Of a DNA stretch of 41,946 nt, positions 7,153-14,710 are shown piece after piece. Below the pieces are notes generated by a model. That model was not told the origin of the DNA and searched no databases. It was given only the letters and a program-made list of their open reading frames with translations. The translations under genes and the position numbers were made by a program. Source of the DNA: a virus (taxonomy: Duplodnaviria; Heunggongvirae; Uroviricota; Caudoviricetes); the IMG/VR virus record IMGVR_UViG_3300001242_000012. One strand, written 5' to 3'. The number at the start of each line of letters is the position of its first letter. The first letter of the stretch is position 1.

Positions 7153-8769
7153 TTAATATCTGTTTATAGTTTCAAGCACATTAGTGTTGTTGACTTCGCA
7201 TGTTTTAACGAAGTCAAAGATCTTTTCTGACCAACCAGCTATCCTATATACGTTAGGTTCATCCATAGGTACCGGTGTAGTACCATATGAAGATAAATCA
7301 ATAGTATATAGTTTGATATCTGGATTTATTGTTCTCCTATAGTCTTTCAGTAAATCAGCTAATGCCTTTCTGCTGCCACCACCATAACCCCAAGCAGTAA
7401 CACCATAGCATTGTTCGTCAGAGAAGATGAAGATTCTATCCGCAAAGGTTTTCTTCTTCAGTAGCTCTTCGACTACACGGTAAGCATTTGTAGACATACC
7501 TTTGGTATCTGCCCTAGCTATCCTATTCATGTTAGTGAATATGGAGTCAGCCGGATTAAGGTTAACAGGGCACCAATCAGTACCGAAAGCACCTACTATA
7601 GAAGACTCACAGAAACCATGAGCCATAGCACATAGTAAATTAGCAATGTTGGCACATGATACCTTGCTTCTTTCTGATACAGCTTGTGACATAGAACCAG
7701 AATTATCAGCTGCAAGCAGTGTTATACCTTCAAGCATAGGGACATTCTGTACACTTATACTAATGGCCTCAGATAATGCTGCAAGTACTTTAGATATATT
7801 AGGATTAGTACCAATTAAGCTTTCCATTTCACGATAAGCACTATAAAATCTAAATGGAAGCTGCTTAGATCTAAGAACTTGATTAGGGTCCTTCAATCTC
7901 TCAATGACACTACCTATACATTTAGCATCAGCATTAATGATGTTCCTTATATTACGGAGCATAGCCATGAAAGGTAAGTTAAGTTCATCCCATACTTCAG
8001 GCTTGTTACCAAACTTACTTACAGCCATCTCCCAGGTCATATCACCAGCCCTAATAAGATGTCTAGCTTCTTCGAAGTTATCTATCTTAGCAAACTCTTT
8101 ATGAGCTTTGTGCAGCACCATAACGTCATCGTTCTCTATATCATGACACATATACTTAAAGATAGCATCGTGCAGTACATCACTTGGTTTAGCACGACAT
8201 ACTCTGATTACATCTTTAATCTTAACTGATTTACTCCTGTCATACTTTAAGAAATGATACTCACCGAAAGTATTCAATACATCGGAGATACCTTTCTTAA
8301 GTGAGTTAGGGAAGGCATGAGTGCCACCTGCTTGACCTTTATCACCTATGTCACCATGTTTACTAACCCAGTAAGCAACTAGTTCAGCAGGTTCATCAGC
8401 ACGCTTTAATATACGAGGAACCCATTTACGAACGAATGGCTTACACTCATTGATTGCTGCAGCTTCACCCAGTAGTACTATAGGTATAGATCTTAAGTAC
8501 ATTTCATTTCTAGCATAAGCAGCTAGCTTTAAGATAAACTCAGGATCTATAGCTGCTACTTGCTTAATGTCTCTGATAATACCAGCAAGAGTTTCAGTGT
8601 TTTTCTGGTAGTAAGTATCAGACAGTAAGCAGTTACATACTTTCTTATACAGTCTAGTTTTAGCATCCATTTCGAAAGCTACACCACCTGCGAGGTTCTT
8701 AATTACATCAGGTCTGTTGACCACACTAGCCAATCTACTGGCAGAATTAAATTTAGACATTAGTGTCAC
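7153..8769 (-). CDS. rsr: Ro60/TROVE-domain RNA-binding protein with C-terminal vWA domain
   Basis: N...GG.AF, DPEFILKLA.YAR....LRS, PFMAMLRNIRN, SKQLPFRFYSAY, DNSGSM (MIDAS), IFSDEQ, IAGWSEKIFDF. Confidence 0.95.
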   Translation of the reverse strand: MTLMSKFNSASRLASVVNRPDVIKNLAGGVAFEMDAKTRLYKKVCNCLLSDTYYQKNTETLAGIIRDIKQVAAIDPEFILKLAAYARNEMYLRSIPIVLLGEAAAINECKPFVRKWVPRILKRADEPAELVAYWVSKHGDIGDKGQAGGTHAFPNSLKKGISDVLNTFGEYHFLKYDRSKSVKIKDVIRVCRAKPSDVLHDAIFKYMCHDIENDDVMVLHKAHKEFAKIDNFEEARHLIRAGDMTWEMAVSKFGNKPEVWDELNLPFMAMLRNIRNIINADAKCIGSVIERLKDPNQVLRSKQLPFRFYSAYREMESLIGTNPNISKVLAALSEAISISVQNVPMLEGITLLAADNSGSMSQAVSERSKVSCANIANLLCAMAHGFCESSIVGAFGTDWCPVNLNPADSIFTNMNRIARADTKGMSTNAYRVVEELLKKKTFADRIFIFSDEQCYGVTAWGYGGGSRKALADLLKDYRRTINPDIKLYTIDLSSYGTTPVPMDEPNVYRIAGWSEKIFDFVKTCEVNNTNVLETINRY

Positions 8770-8784
8770 TCCTTATAATTTGAT

Positions 8785-8871
8785 ATGAGAGAATAAATGA
8801 ATAGGGTAATTTGATGTTTCAATAAGATACTAATTTGTATATATGAAGTAACCCTATCCTACACTACTCAT
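8785..8871 (-). ncRNA. Y RNA-like unit B (short)
   Basis: AUGAG/CUCAU outer stem with the conserved motifs. Confidence 0.7.
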
Positions 8872-8879
8872 AAATTTGT

Positions 8880-9017
8880 ATGGGAGAATAATCACATAGA
8901 GTAGCTTTTAGTGCTCTAACCAACTGAGCTACAGAACCTTTTGATGAGGCCCTGGTAGGACTCGAACCTACGACCACTCGATTACAATTCGATGAAACTC
9001 TATGCTACACTACCCAT
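8880..9017 (-). ncRNA. YrlA-type Y RNA unit C (circularly permuted tRNA module)
   Basis: T arm GUAGG-UUCGAGU-CCUAC precedes a loop-closed acceptor stem, then D arm UAGCUCAGUUGGUUAGAGC. Confidence 0.85.
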
Positions 9018-9024
9018 AATATTG

Positions 9025-9162
9025 TATCAGGAAGAATTGTTCGTTAAGAGTACATAGTGCTCTACCAGCTGAGCTACGGAGCTATCAGTTGCTCTGATGG
9101 GACTCGAACCCATGACCACTCTATTAAATGTAGAAGTAACTCTTAACTACACTGTCCTGATA
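9025..9162 (-). ncRNA. YrlA-type Y RNA unit D
   Basis: T arm AUGGG-UUCGAGU-CCCAU, closed acceptor stem, D arm UAGCUCAGCUGGUAGAGC. Confidence 0.85.
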
Positions 9163-9170
9163 ATAAGCTT

Positions 9171-9311
9171 AGATTAGGAAGAATAAGCTATAAGGGTACA
9201 TTACGTTGCCTTGACTACTTGGCTAACCCACTATGGTTGTGGGTGAGAGATTTGCACTCCCGATCACGGCTGAAGATGCGAAGTAACCCATTATATACAC
9301 TATCCTAATCT
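9171..9311 (-). ncRNA. YrlA-type Y RNA unit E
   Basis: T loop UGCAAAU, ACCCAC/GUGGGU closed acceptor stem, D arm UAGCCAAGUAGUCAAGGC. Confidence 0.8.
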
Positions 9312-9319
9312 TAAAATTG

Positions 9320-9459
9320 TTAGGGAGAATTAAGCGATAAGAGACTATCTAAACCAGTGCCTTGGACCGCTTGGCTAACCCGTGATAGCCACGGGTGGAG
9401 GATTTGAACCTCCGGATGCTGGTGCCCTATTGAAGTAACTCTTATCTACACTACCCTAA
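9320..9459 (-). ncRNA. YrlA-type Y RNA unit F
   Basis: GGAGG-UUCAAAU-CCUCC, ACCCGUG-GCUAU-CACGGGU, D arm UAGCCAAGCGGUCCAAGGC, CUGGU/ACCAG stem. Confidence 0.88.
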
Positions 9460-9467
9460 TAGTTTGC

Positions 9468-9534
9468 GATAGGAGAATAATTAATAGTAGGGTGGCACTT
9501 TTATCAGAAGTAACCCTACATCACACTACCTATC
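9468..9534 (-). ncRNA. Y RNA-like unit G (short)
   Basis: GAUAGG/CCUAUC outer stem with the conserved motifs. Confidence 0.7.
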
Positions 9535-9541
9535 AATATTT

Positions 9542-9625
9542 TAATGAGAGAATAATTGGACAGAGAGCTTTGTATATAAATAAGAAGTTTATTTTTGAAG
9601 TAACTCTGCCCTACACTGCTCATTA
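9542..9625 (-). ncRNA. Y RNA-like unit H (short)
   Basis: UAAUGAG/CUCAUUA outer stem with the conserved motifs. Confidence 0.7.
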
Positions 9626-9769
9626 ATTACGTTGTGCTGGTGGTGCTCCTGGTCTAGAACTTACAGGAGCAGAATTGAGTCCTTGCTTTCTGACTCTACC
9701 CTGTGTAAGTAGAGCTTTATTAGGTTTAATACTATCATGTTTGAATAGATTTAACAACCATTTAAGCAT
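9623..9769 (-). CDS. small basic protein, 48 aa (MLKWLLNLFK...RPGAPPAQRN)
   Basis: Manual translation; AAGGAUGGU RBS-like sequence. Confidence 0.55.
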   Translation of the reverse strand: MLKWLLNLFKHDSIKPNKALLTQGRVRKQGLNSAPVSSRPGAPPAQRN

Positions 9770-9785
9770 AATACCATCCTTTCAT

Positions 9786-9873
9786 TGGAGGAGAGTGTAG
9801 GATTTGAACCTACGCAGGTGTTACCCTGACCTTTGATTAGCAATCAAGTACAATGCCACTCTGTCAACTCTCC
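9786..9873 (-). tRNA. tRNA-Ser(GCU)
   Basis: Loop UUGCUAA, long variable arm, CCA end (U73). Confidence 0.85.
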
Positions 9874-9878
9874 ATATC

Positions 9879-9956
9879 ATATGACCATTTGTGTCACGAA
9901 TCAGCCCACTCTGGACACCCTTCGCACCTCTGGCTACTCCCGCAGCCTGGTCATAT
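9879..9956 (-). ncRNA. candidate GC-rich three-way-junction RNA
   Basis: 9-bp terminal helix, GGCUGC-GGGA-GUAGCC, GUGUC/GACAC. Confidence 0.45.
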
Positions 9957-9965
9957 AAATTAAAC

Positions 9966-10054
9966 TGGCGACCGGGTGAGGATTTGTACCTCACTTCTAG
10001 TATATACTCTCCCAACTGATATATGTCGCTGCAGTTCGATTTGATATACCCGGT
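9966..10054 (-). ncRNA. degenerate tRNA-like element
   Basis: ACCGGG/CCCGGU, T arm UGAGG-UACAAAU-CCUCA, GCCA end; no D or anticodon arm recognisable. Confidence 0.5.
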
Positions 10055-10143
10055 AAAAGTATACTCTAAGCATTTTTGTTATAAGTTACTTATTGCGCTA
10101 ATAGGGCTTATAACAAAAACCATAGGTGATTGTTTTAACTTGA

Positions 10144-10362
10144 TTAAACTACCGGCCTTATAACTGTTTTGAATAGGCAGGATTCAAACCTGCTTGGTCC
10201 GGAATACGGTTCAGCTACCTTCGGTTTATCACGCCGATGCTGTACCCTATCGTATCTTATATGTTTTGGTAACTTGACATCCTTACTCTTGGCCTTCGGT
10301 TCAGGACTTCTTATATCTCTGCATATAGTAACTTTAGGTGTTCTCACCACGCCGCTATTCAA
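10144..10362 (-). CDS. basic hypothetical protein
   Basis: ORF track. Confidence 0.5.
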   Translation of the reverse strand: MNSGVVRTPKVTICRDIRSPEPKAKSKDVKLPKHIRYDRVQHRRDKPKVAEPYSGPSRFESCLFKTVIRPVV

Positions 10363-10382
10363 AAGTCAAAGAGGTTTACTAC

Positions 10383-10457
10383 TGGTCTGGGTGGCAAGGC
10401 TCGAACTTGCGACCACCTGCTCCCAAGGCAGGCATGCTACCACTGCACTACACCCAG
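10383..10457 (-). tRNA. tRNA-Pro(UGG)
   Basis: Loop CUUGGGA, C1:G72, ACCA end. Confidence 0.93.
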
Positions 10458-10462
10458 ATGGT

Positions 10463-10539
10463 TGGTGCACCATGAAGGACTTGAACCTTCAACCTACCGA
10501 TTAAGAGTCGGTTGCTCTAGCCAATTGAGCTAATGGTGC
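10463..10539 (-). tRNA. tRNA-Lys(CUU)
   Basis: Loop CUCUUAA, ACCA end. Confidence 0.93.
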
Positions 10540-10542
10540 ATG

Positions 10543-10748
10543 TAAGCGGGTAAGGATTTGCACCTTACATGTCATCAGGAGCTTATCCCTGATGGTCTAG
10601 CTGTTTTTACCTCTAGACAAGGATCTATGAACTCAATAGCTATCTAGAATTACTATATAGCGTCTACTATTGCCCTAAGAAAGGTATGCATCCCTTTTGG
10701 AAAACAGGCTTTACCACCGATTAAGGTGTCTATTCTCGCCACCGCTTA
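10543..10748 (-). ncRNA. 206-nt expanded tRNA-Leu-like RNA
   Basis: UAAGCGG/CCGCUUA, T arm GUAAGG-UGCAAAU-CCUUAC, long variable-arm-like hairpin, large inserts. Confidence 0.65.
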
Positions 10749-10753
10749 TTTAC

Positions 10754-10829
10754 TGGAGCCTCCTACAGGACTTGAACCCGTAACCCACTCCTTACAAAGG
10801 AGTCACTCTACCAATTGAGTTAAGGAGGC
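10754..10829 (-). tRNA. tRNA-Thr(UGU)
   Basis: Loop UUUGUAA, UCCA end. Confidence 0.93.
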
Positions 10830-11043
10830 AATTTCTACAAAATATTCTTTGAATGATGTATCAGCATCTGTATTACTATAAGCTGTAATGCAATATGTAT
10901 GATCATTATCACCTGTAAAATGATAATAACCATTCTTTTTAATTATCTTATATATTTTATCAACAGTTAATATTCTACTCATGCCACGTATACATGCCGC
11001 ATTAATAGTTTGGCCACTTATGCTGATTGTATTGATAACTATT

Positions 11044-11244
11044 TCACCTCACCGTATATAGTTCTATGAAATAATATTTGAAAGAAGTGTCTGTAATGTA
11101 ACTATCCGCTTTACATATATAATAGTTATGTCCATTGTCACCGACAACACGTAGTTCATTTCTATCGTCTTGGTAAAGTTTATATATTTTATCTACGGTG
11201 AATATATTAGTAGCCCTGTTCTTACATACCGTATATACTTTCAT
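11044..11244 (-). CDS. small TxDKIY-family protein
   Basis: FTVDKIY...GDN...FKYYF; start moved to the RBS-preceded ATG. Confidence 0.75.
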   Translation of the reverse strand: MKVYTVCKNRATNIFTVDKIYKLYQDDRNELRVVGDNGHNYYICKADSYITDTSFKYYFIELYTVR

Positions 11245-11259
11245 ATACAACCCCCTATC

Positions 11260-11425
11260 TGGTGCACCTGGCCGGTATCGAACCGGCTCTCGTTTCCTAA
11301 GCATAAGATCAAGGATTACGCGCTTCCTTACTCAACTTCACCGAGCGGTTTTTCAGTGCCTCTGCAACCTTATCTCTGCAACCAGTCTCCGTTTTACTGT
11401 GCTCTTTCCATTGAGCTACAGGTGC
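11260..11425 (-). ncRNA. 166-nt tRNA-like RNA with the anticodon arm replaced by a 112-nt segment
   Basis: GCACCUG/CAGGUGC plus ACCA, D arm GCUC-AAUGGAAA-GAGC, T arm GCCGG-UUCGAUA-CCGGC. Confidence 0.8.
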
Positions 11426-11631
11426 ATTAATATAAAGAAAGCATTAAATAAACTATCTATTTTAAGATTACTATCAAGTGAGATTCTAATCTTATGTTCA
11501 GAATCAGATGTAATAGTATAATATTCTTCTTCAGTATCTATATGTAATTCAGTTTCATAAATTTTATCTATAGTGATCATGTAAACATTTGAATTAATAT
11601 GTTTGACAGATCTTTTACAGACTATTAGCAT
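11416..11631 (-). CDS. small TxDKIY-family protein
   Basis: ITIDKIY...SDS...FNAFF. Confidence 0.7.
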   Translation of the reverse strand: MLIVCKRSVKHINSNVYMITIDKIYETELHIDTEEEYYTITSDSEHKIRISLDSNLKIDSLFNAFFILMHL

Positions 11632-11896
11632 CTTGTTCCTCCCATATTAGAACCTCATCTAATTTTGGCTCTCTGAAGTAGGTATGACACCAATAACATC
11701 CACGTATATTTATCTCAAGCTTTGCACATTCACTATCCATACTGCAAACATCAGCATGAAGGCATCTACGTACTTTATCAATTAGTACAGCAGTACCTTG
11801 TAAAATTGGTACTATATCTTCTTTGTCAAGGAGCAATATGAAGTCTGCTTCAACTATCACTATCTGGTCAGTCTCTAACATAGTTATCTCCTTCAA
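11615..11896 (-). CDS. Cys-rich DQIV-family protein
   Basis: ETDQIV...GTAV.I..VR.C...C.....WCH..FREP. Confidence 0.75.
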   Translation of the reverse strand: MKEITMLETDQIVIVEADFILLLDKEDIVPILQGTAVLIDKVRRCLHADVCSMDSECAKLEINIRGCYWCHTYFREPKLDEVLIWEEQDANSL

Positions 11897-12125
11897 ATAC
11901 TAGTTCTTCGTTGACCTTAGGAACTCTAAATTTATGAGCACAGAAGAATGTTTTATTGTTCACTCTATATATAGTCATACTACATCTTTTTTCGTAGGAA
12001 CATCGCATACCACATTTCCGTACATCATTTATGACTACTGCAGTTCCAGCTTTTATTGTAATATGATTTCCGGATCTCTTATAATACCATAGACTCTCAT
12101 TAGCGACCATTATTCTATCTATCAT
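11868..12125 (-). CDS. Cys-rich protein, paralog of 11615-11896
   Basis: GTAVVINDVRKC...FCAHKFRVP. Confidence 0.7.
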   Translation of the reverse strand: MIDRIMVANESLWYYKRSGNHITIKAGTAVVINDVRKCGMRCSYEKRCSMTIYRVNNKTFFCAHKFRVPKVNEELVFEGDNYVRD

Positions 12126-12369
12126 GGTATATTACCAGATCTGTATCTGTATCGATAGTATACATTGGATCATCATGAGTGTCTGTTAACTTGAAACCAA
12201 ACATTCCACATAGTATATCAGCTACTTCTGTGATACTCCCATGCTTGTACTCTATGTAATTAAGAGCTTCTTGGTACATATATCTAAGTGATTCAATATC
12301 AAATTCTTTCTCATGAGTGATAAGCTGAGTTTTAAAGTATCCATCTACTTCATAGGTAATCATGATCAC
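12115..12369 (-). CDS. hypothetical protein
   Basis: ORF track, operon packing. Confidence 0.65.
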   Translation of the reverse strand: MIMITYEVDGYFKTQLITHEKEFDIESLRYMYQEALNYIEYKHGSITEVADILCGMFGFKLTDTHDDPMYTIDTDTDLVIYHDR

Positions 12370-12385
12370 TGCTCCTAGTTTATAT

Positions 12386-12459
12386 TGGCATGGTAGTTAG
12401 GAATTGGACCCAAATCTACGGTGTTGGAAGCCGTTGTTCTACCGTTGAACTACTACCAC
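12386..12459 (-). tRNA. tRNA-Trp(CCA)
   Basis: Loop UUCCAAC, G73 CCA. Confidence 0.85.
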
Positions 12460-12681
12460 ATGTAGGCGGTATAACCGCCTATAATTGCTTAGCAATAAAT
12501 TCTCTAAGATCATTACTAATCTTAGTAAAGTTTTCTTCCGGTACTTCTATTAAATATCCACCTTTGATCTGTAGCCAGTAACCATTGTCTTTCTTAATGG
12601 TATGAACTACATCACCATATTTAGTTTTCAATGGGTAAATGTTTCTAATGGCGGTTTTTAAATCAATTGAATGATTCCCCT

Positions 12682-12930
12682 TTACTGGTTCTGAATGTCA
12701 TCAATCTTCGGATAATAGAATACAACGAAACCTTTACCATCTGGTTCTGATTCAGCAGAAACAAGTTCAACATTAGATAGTCTTCCATCAAATGTTTCTC
12801 TATGTAGCCCTGATAAAAGGTCTCGATCACTTATCTCATCTAATACCTCAACTAGATGTCCATAGTCATATGGATTTCTTACCTCTGCTTCTATCATTCC
12901 TTCTAGTGTGTAGTACATCCTTATCTTCAT
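12682..12930 (-). CDS. acidic hypothetical protein
   Basis: ORF track. Confidence 0.65.
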   Translation of the reverse strand: MKIRMYYTLEGMIEAEVRNPYDYGHLVEVLDEISDRDLLSGLHRETFDGRLSNVELVSAESEPDGKGFVVFYYPKIDDIQNQ

Positions 12931-12956
12931 ATTGAATCACTACCTTTGCGGTATCA

Positions 12957-13265
12957 TTAAATATCATAACATCTTTTATATCTAACATAACTTTGATATA
13001 TCCTTAATGATTGCCTTTCTTTGGGTTTAAGAATACTATTCTTCTTCTCCCATTTACACATCCAACAGCTACAGGAGGTATTATGTTTAGCAAGTCTACC
13101 TGGCTGTTCAATATATCTATCAGAATAATTTCGCATATTACGCCAAGATCTTTGGCCTTCCATCCTTCTATTTCTACGGTAGTTTATTATGCGCATTCTT
13201 TGATGCCTCTTATATGCTCTACCTCGTTTATTAGGTACGAAACCAAAGAGTAAGTATACCTCCAA
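12957..13265 (-). CDS. basic hypothetical protein (CSCWMC motif)
   Basis: ORF track. Confidence 0.6.
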   Translation of the reverse strand: MEVYLLFGFVPNKRGRAYKRHQRMRIINYRRNRRMEGQRSWRNMRNYSDRYIEQPGRLAKHNTSCSCWMCKWEKKNSILKPKERQSLRIYQSYVRYKRCYDI

Positions 13266-13294
13266 CTATAACACCTCCTGACTTTGATCACATC

Positions 13295-13690
13295 TTAAAA
13301 ATCATCATCAATGGCTAGTAACGTGTCTCTTTTCTTCTGAGCTAATGTCTTTTCCACCCTATTAGACTTGATATAGGATCTATAGAGATCCATAGCTATT
13401 TCTCTTAGGTCTATTCCTGGTTCATAGGTAACGAATTTGTAAGTTAGTTCGTGCCAGCATTCAAAGATGCAAGATTCTTTCTTACGTTCTAACCTTATAT
13501 AATAATCACATTCGTCAAGATTTCCCCAGTATAGATTTTTTTTGATGTCAGAAGAGACTTCATCTTCGATTGCCAATCGAAGATTATAATCGATATAAAT
13601 GTACTTTACCGTGATATCACTTCCAGTAGTAACACTTCCTCCAATTAACTTCTGTGTAGTATTCTTGGTTACGTTTAACCCAAGCTTCAC
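13295..13690 (-). CDS. hypothetical protein
   Basis: ORF track. Confidence 0.6.
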   Translation of the reverse strand: MKLGLNVTKNTTQKLIGGSVTTGSDITVKYIYIDYNLRLAIEDEVSSDIKKNLYWGNLDECDYYIRLERKKESCIFECWHELTYKFVTYEPGIDLREIAMDLYRSYIKSNRVEKTLAQKKRDTLLAIDDDF

Positions 13691-13976
13691 TACATTCGTT
13701 TACTACCTTTATCCATGTCTCATTATTTTCGTCATAACGATAAGCATAATGAGGTACATATCTATTGGCTAGAAATAACCATTCACCTAATGTACAGTAG
13801 CTTTTATAATCTACTATATCATAACTACAGAAGTATTTTTTATATACCTTACCATACGGTACATCATGTAACTTGCGTACTTTCTTATTAGCTAATCTCT
13901 TAGCATACTTTCTGTAGTGTGGGCCACTATCACCCACACATGGATTGTGTCTATAACTTCTTGACACTATGACCAC
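13617..13976 (-). CDS. basic phage protein (SRSYR...KRLANKKVRK)
   Basis: ORF with GGGAGGTG RBS. Confidence 0.7.
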   Translation of the reverse strand: MVIVSRSYRHNPCVGDSGPHYRKYAKRLANKKVRKLHDVPYGKVYKKYFCSYDIVDYKSYCTLGEWLFLANRYVPHYAYRYDENNETWIKVVNECSEAWVKRNQEYYTEVNWRKCYYWK

Positions 13977-14031
13977 CTCCCTTAGAAGGTGTTACGTCGC
14001 ATCCTTTCTTGCATCCGCTTCACTCCTCTAA

Positions 14032-14697
14032 CTATTCATCAGTTGCAGAATCAGGATCATAGAATGATAATGTAGCAGACTGTCCATCAGCTCTACCCCT
14101 CATATAACCTTTGGTAGCACAAGACATAGTAGTGAATGCATCTTTTGTACCTAATACATCATTAGTATATGAGGCCATATTACCAATCTTGATGTTTAGA
14201 TTCTCTGAAATCTTAGATAGGTCTTGGTTAGCACCCATATAAGCAAATGTCCACTTATTCGAACTGTTACATTGTTGTATTAGTTCTGCAAGACGGTTCT
14301 GGGTATATTCTTTTGAAGAATTTTCTTCCCCATCACTAATGATAGTAACCAGTATAGAATCGTTCTCATTACCAGATAAACTCTTGATATGCTCAATTGC
14401 ATATCCTACAGCATCATACATTGCTGTTCCACCATTAGGCTTATAGGATTCGCTTGTAAGCTCTTGTAATGAATCTAATGATTCACTAAGGAATACTGGA
14501 TTAACTGTATGGTTAAACTTTATGAGCGAAACACTGACATTATTATTAGCTTGCTCACTTTTGAGCATCTGAACCTGCTCGTTGAATCCTGATATAGTTT
14601 GTTCTTCTACGGGTTTCATTGAACCACTCTGGTCTAGTACATAAACAATGTGGGTTCTCCCACCTACTGACGCATTATAAGCATCTACTAAATCCAA
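14032..14697 (-). CDS. von Willebrand factor A domain protein
   Basis: VLDQSGSM MIDAS, GGTAMYDAVG, IISDGEENSS. Confidence 0.92.
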   Translation of the reverse strand: MDLVDAYNASVGGRTHIVYVLDQSGSMKPVEEQTISGFNEQVQMLKSEQANNNVSVSLIKFNHTVNPVFLSESLDSLQELTSESYKPNGGTAMYDAVGYAIEHIKSLSGNENDSILVTIISDGEENSSKEYTQNRLAELIQQCNSSNKWTFAYMGANQDLSKISENLNIKIGNMASYTNDVLGTKDAFTTMSCATKGYMRGRADGQSATLSFYDPDSATDE

Positions 14698-14710
14698 TTA
14701 GCAACTCTCC

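Noticed and set aside
8880-9459. Ordinary tRNA genes
   Set aside because: The T arm precedes the D arm, the acceptor stem is loop-closed, and there is no anticodon loop
8785-9625. CRISPR array
   Set aside because: Units vary from 67 to 141 nt, the conserved parts are two halves of a covarying stem, the interiors are tRNA-like, and no cas genes are present
9821-10015. 64-aa minus-strand ORF
   Set aside because: It overlaps tRNA-Ser(GCU), a structured element and a tRNA-like shell
11260-11425. tmRNA
   Set aside because: It has a true D stem, no G3-U70 pair and is too short. The open frame in the insert (AEALKNRSVKLSKEARNP) does not end like a ClpXP tag.
12478-12675. Apparent frameshifted small gene (…HTIK / EDNGYW…)
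   Set aside because: No clear start codon; I cannot distinguish a pseudogene, a sequencing indel or chance without reads
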